Source of the DNA: Takakia lepidozioides
Taxonomy: Eukaryota > Plantae > Bryophyta
Direction of reading: 5' to 3'
Assembly: GCA_030704615.1 (NCBI GenBank)
Contig: CM060733.1
Coordinates: forward strand, 32,674,001 to 32,738,000
DNA length: 64,000 bases
Shown: piece by piece, positions 58,980 through 64,000 of the stretch
Layout of the letters: each line of letters opens with the position of its first letter
Position numbering within the stretch: the stretch's first letter is position 1
The notes under the pieces: generated by a model
The model's input: only the letters and a program-made list of their open reading frames with translations
Database searches by the model: none
What the model was told of the DNA's origin: nothing
Position numbers and translations under genes: made by a program

Positions 58980-61900
58980 TTAAACGCCGTTGGTATCTCC
59001 ATCAGGGCTCAAGGACAAAATGTCTGCACGACCACCCACCATCCTCTCGGCTCTCAGGCCACGCTCCCCTGTTCATGCCCATCATGTCAGAATGCTTTCT
59101 CACATTTCATGGCCCTGCACAATGTGGACAGATAAAGGATTGCATCCCCCTCTCCATATACTAATTATAGGTCTGCATACTTACATGCAAAAAGTAGTTC
59201 GGGACACAAGCAGACTGAAAAAAAAAGCAGCTTTTTGCAACTGAATAAATGAGAGATGTTGTGGAGTATTTACCTGTGCGTACTCGGATGACATCAGATA
59301 CAGGTACCACTGACCCCACCAAAACACCAGAGGCAAAGCATTAAAGCAACTGAACTGTGTGTGTGTCTGTATTTGAGAGAGAATGTACCTGTTAGCCATA
59401 GGCTTGTGGCCATAGACCCTGTGCCCACTTGGTGGAATGAGAGGGAACAGACACTACCTTTGTGAGGGGTGCATTTAAGAGAGAGAGAGACAGGATTTCA
59501 ACATCCTCAGAACCTATAATAGTCTAACTTACAGGCAACACAGCCTCTTGAGCTGCCTTTCTGACAGGGACCTATAATAAAGTACCAACTGACTGCACAT
59601 TACCATCTCGAACAGAGAAGATAGCAAAAAGTAAAGTGCTTGGCATACCAAAGATTTTTCCATCGCCAATTTCACCAGTCTTCGCTTGGTCAATGACAGT
59701 GTCAATTACATCCTCCACCTGTGTAACTCGAAGTTCCAAGTTCGTGAATTTCTAAGCTGAGGAGCTTAAGATACAATCTACAAAAATTAGGCATTTGAGA
59801 CCAACAAAATTAGTATAACAAGAAAGAAAAGGAAAGGAATGGAATTCTAATGTGCAGTGATTTACAGCACCAAGCAGAGAGGTCTATGCACTGCCCAGGG
59901 ACCATGGGAATCTAGTCCCCAAAGTAGAATCCTTGATCAGGGAGAAAGCTGTGAGGGGGAGAAACAAAAATGCACTCAGAACCTTGTTTGTCATAGCCCC
60001 TGTGGCCATTAATTTCACACCATGTTTGAGCAGAGAGACCAAGAGACAAGGAGAGAAAGCTCCATGCAAAAACTGCTACCCTCCGAAGGTTGCTTCTCAC
60101 TTTCAGAAAACAGACAACGACACATATCTGGAAGGTGCGTCCCATCAACAGGGGAAAGGGACCTACCCGAGATGTAAAGGATGAGCCAGCCCCTCCTGCG
60201 ACACCCATAGTGTACAACATTGTTCTCTCTATTGCAATTGCACAAGAAAAGGATGAGACCTCTGTTGCCTCTTTTAGTCAAATGAAGAGGGTGGGGATGA
60301 GAATAGTTGAGCAAGGATGCCTACCTGATCTGCTGAGACTACAACCTCCAGCTTAACTTTCAACACAAAGTTGTCTTCAGAGAACTCAGAACCTGCAAGA
60401 AGACAATGACAAAGGCCAGGTTCACTACAGATACTCAACCGAGGCTGCTACTTACATCCACTGCTGGATTAGTTTAACTACAGTTGTTTTGTTAACTTAG
60501 AGGTGGTTCTTTTCTCACATTGCTAAAGTGCTGTAGTTCCAAAACTACTTGTAGACAATTGGCCACATCAATATAACAACTAGTTTTCAGTATACAAATG
60601 TGAGCCAGGGATCCACAGGGTCAAATCACTTTCTTCACCCACCATCCTACCCTCACTAAAGTACAGTCACTGCAAGATCCAGATAAATTGGAGTTTCAAA
60701 GGCATAATGGCTAGATGCAGGTAGGTGCCCACAGACTGATTCTTTGTTAGTTTGTCAGTTTCTACCTAGTTACAGCTTGCTTAATTTCCCTGCAGTGATT
60801 TGCTTAGTGGAATTCTGTGGTTCTAGGACTCTCAGATTTCCTGGTGTTTTCTTATGTGCCTTCTAGGTCAAGGGGCCCGCAGTGGTTGTCTGCCCTCCTG
60901 TAGGTTTTTGTGCTGGCACAGATTACCTCATTTTCCGCTTCCACCTCTTTATTAAGGAACAAAGTGCCTTTTTAAAAAAACCAAATAGAGAAAGAAGAAA
61001 AATTGTAACTGGATAAGGCATGGACACTCTACCAGCTTGTCGCTCACGAGAGCCACCTTGGGCCCCAAATCCTCGCACATCTGAGACGGTCACACCTCGA
61101 ATGCCCATCTTGATGAGAGCCTGTCAATAAACATCAGCACTTGACAAGTAAAGGGAACTCTAGGAAACAAAACTCGTAAGGCTTCATACAGTATCTCTCT
61201 TTCTCCGTCTCTCTTTTTCTAAGCAGGCTACGTCAAACAACGTCTTATGAGTACATTCTCTTTTTCTAAGCTCTTTGGGATTCCTGCAGACTATGTACAG
61301 TAATTCTCTCCCTCTTTCTTTCTCTATCTAGCTTCCCCTGGAAAACATCCTCCCTCACCCTTCCTTCATTGAAGTATGTATCCAACGGTAAGGATTGCAC
61401 AAGCTTAGTTGATACAGGAGACAAGGAGAATGAACAGTACCGCTGCAACATGAGAGACACGCCATGGTCTTCAGTGGGCAAGCAGTGAAGCCAGCCAATT
61501 GCGTGTCAACCATCACCCCCCAAAACAGAGAGAGCCCTCCATCTACTCAGTTCATGCATAAATCCCTTCATCACCTTAGGTCTGACTGGCAAACCTGAGC
61601 TGATAAAATTTCCCAAAGTTACAGCCAAGTCTGCTGTGAACACATTGACCTGGACACTATTGGAATGAAATTACTACCAATGCCAAACGTTGCAGATTAA
61701 CTATTTACTTGTAGGTAATTGAAATTGGGAGAAAGAGTTCAGGGCATAGCCTACCAGAGTTTTGTTTTCAAAAGTAGCGCGAGTGGCTACTTGTGTACTC
61801 TACCCAGCGCCCCAAGTGGCGAAAAAAATGAGCTGGCACCTCTAGAAATGTCGCTACATGACTGCTGGCAGGCTTTAACAGGTCCACGTTGACAATCATA

Positions 61901-63234
61901 CGGATATTTCTGGCGACAACCTCTTTTTCATCTCTCCTGTGTTGGCGAAAAATTGGAACAAAATGCCTTCATTTTCCTTCAGTGAGGTGGGAGCCCCCCC
62001 CAAAAAGGAGCTTTTTTGGCGAGAATTCGCTAACAAAAACAACGCTGTAGCCTACTAGATCAACCTGACTGACAGCAATTTCTGAGTAATATACTCTAGC
62101 TTGGTGACTTTGAGCACCTTCTAGATGTTGGAACAGAAATTGTCCTATTTCCCATGTCATGGTTAAAATAGGGAACCAGGCCAGGTACCTCACAATGGCT
62201 TCCACTTTGTAGAAGTCTGAGAGTGGAAGGTAAACTGCACACACAAACATATCAACCTCCCCACGTCTGAGATTGGTTCAAACATAGGTTTCAAGGGAAA
62301 CCGAACTGTTAATGCCTTTACCTTCTCTCCTTTGCATGCTAAAGGAAGCCAAATTTTTAGCCTTTTAATCCAACGAGTGGCCCCACCTTTGCCCTGGCTG
62401 GTGAGAGTGACTGCACCACTGTTGTTGCCAGCATCTGCAGTAGCTCGGATACTTTTGGAGCTTTCCTTGGAAAACTGAAGGCTTCTCGAATTTCCTGCAC
62501 AGAGTTTTCATCTGAAAAAGTTACAAAAAAAGTGCAGCATAAGCGCGTGACTTGGACTCAACCCATCGGCATCTTGTCGAACAGTGCCAATAACATCGTC
62601 CTTGATGCAAGGAAGTTTTACTTTTTTGATGACAAGAATGGAAACACTCACCGTAAATTTAAGAGTTTAACCACTATGGTATGAGTACATAATAGGGGAA
62701 CTTCAATGCAGAAAGCTAAGATCAATTCTAACCGACAGAGATAAGCATCAGATTAATTAACAGGAAGTGAACATCATGGGCTGGAGGTGTGAAACAATGA
62801 TTTCTGTATAGATCTTTCCTACCAGCAGGTGAAAACAACGTCTGATTAGCTCAAGGGCCACTCCATTCACGTACTGTGAGAAGATGGCTACTTGGCACTA
62901 CCCAGAGTTCTGTGACCGTGTGGGAAACAGTATGTTGAGTACTCCTCTTTGTACAGCATAGATTAAAAACAGAGATTACGAAAAAACCTCAAACTTGGAT
63001 TAACTTACCACGAAAATTTGGAATTCCAGTCCGGAAAAACGATGTTCCTGCTACCCAAGAAGAGCTGGCGGTCCAGGACACTATTCCATGGATGCCATCA
63101 TGCGTTGCAAAATGGCCAGAGCAGCTATGAGCAGACAGTGCGAAAGCGGGAAAATTGGAAGGTGTGAGAACCGAGTTATGAGTTGCAGGCAGGGCCTGCA
63201 GGGCCTTGAGGAAGCACGGCTTGCTCAGCGCCAT
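58980..63234 (-). CDS. GLB1: Nitrogen regulatory protein PII, chloroplast, ~9 exons
   Basis: Transit-peptide exons from 63234, then FYKVEAIVR|PWRVSHVAA|ALIKMGIRGVTVSDVRGFGAQGGSRERQAG|SEFSEDNFVLKVKLEVVVSADQ|VEDVIDTVIDQAKTGEIGDGKIF|VVPVSDVIRVRTG|ERGLRAERMVGGRADIL...TAA (58980). Confidence 0.95.
61755..62047. mobile_element. hAT-type MITE in a PII intron
   Basis: Perfect 8-bp TSD TAGCCTAC (61747-61754, 62048-62055); ends CAGAGTTTTGTTTT / AAAAACAACGCTG. Confidence 0.8.
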
Positions 63235-63527
63235 ATCAAGTTATACTTAAGCTTAGTGTCTGCTCTGTGAAGATGGAAGGGGCGCTCAGGCCAGGGAGCA
63301 GAAGAGAGCTTACCTTATTAGTGACTCACTAACAGAATCTTTCTTTAGTGATAGCAACTCACTAACAGACCTTACTTAGGACGACATCCATCCTTTTGGA
63401 CGAGAAGAAGGTTCTATCCATGATTTATCGTCCATCAGCCCGTGCCCTTGGGTACAAGACGGGGCTGTACGCGCTCGTTCTTCGCAGAATCGTTTACGAA
63501 ATTAGGGTTTCTAGTTGCAAGAATTTG
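63235..63527. promoter_or_regulatory. Short bidirectional promoter between PII and USP39, with telobox
   Basis: 293 bp between divergent ATGs; TAGGGTTT telobox at 63503-63510; duplicated ACTCACTAACAGA at ~63324 and ~63357. Confidence 0.55.
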
Positions 63528-63821
63528 ATGAAGAGAGAGAGAGAAGGAGATCTAGGCAACGTTTCTAGTGCAGATGAAGCACAGGAGAATTATGAGGGGG
63601 GTAGCGATCCTAATGGATTCAGCAAGAAGCTTAGGTCGGAGGAGCTGACAAATGGTGGGCTACTTCGGGGTTTCGGCTATGAGGATGATGAGGAAGAAGA
63701 AGAGACGGAGAAAAGATATGAGTATGAGAGTGATGAAGAGCTGGAGAGGTCTACAGCTGGGCGGAGAAGAGACACTGAAGTGCGAAAAGATTGCCCTTAT
63801 TTGGACACTGTAAACCGTCAG
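63528..63821 (+). CDS. USP39: U4/U6.U5 tri-snRNP-associated protein 2 (USP39/SAD1), first exon; gene continues beyond the window
   Basis: Acidic N-terminus ending EVRKDCPYLDTVNRQ followed by a GT donor at 63822, matching the start of the USP39 ZnF-UBP domain. Confidence 0.85.
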
Positions 63822-64000
63822 GTATTTGTAAAATGCGGGTCCTCTTTGCACTCGTTATTGAAGTCGCCGAAGATGTGGAGTACACCTAAGCTCCAAGACA
63901 TAAGCCCTCTTATTCCCCTCTGAAAGAGATCGAAGGAGTCTATGCATATTTCTTCAGTTCTCAGTTGTGACGCTAATAGGCTGCAAAGTTGGCCGTGAAG

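Noticed and set aside
58980-63234. Bacterial-like genes (PII, also L2HGDH) as horizontal transfers or contamination
   Set aside because: Both have many spliceosomal introns and organellar transit-peptide-like N-termini, and are standard plant nuclear genes.

Overview
Eukaryotic nuclear DNA from a land plant, most likely a bryophyte/moss. This is inferred from spliceosomal GT-AG genes with plant-type products and from moss-like transposon families. Recognisable host genes: a DUF4228/PADRE gene, L-2-hydroxyglutarate dehydrogenase, a conserved plant protein of unknown function (At5g48340-like), an AGCVIII (D6PK-like) kinase, a three-RanBP2-zinc-finger protein, plastid PII (GLB1) and the first exon of USP39/SAD1. 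Much of the remaining sequence is transposon-derived. (i) A 6.6-kb PIF/Harbinger element with perfect 13-bp TIRs and TTA TSDs carries an unidentified many-exon gene and LSM14/DCP5 exons. (ii) A head-to-tail array of Helitron-like units has long terminal hairpins abutting CTAG. (iii) Two Ty3/gypsy remnants, one with an integrase-PHD finger, include an LTR-LTR junction and a chromodomain-like insert. (iv) There are co-oriented LINE, SWIM/MULE-like and LRR fragments. (v) Three copies of a MULE-like MITE contain a tRNA-like box and a variable hairpin array. (vi) There are also hAT MITEs and SINEs. All assignments were made by eye; no database searches were run, and exon boundaries are best manual estimates.
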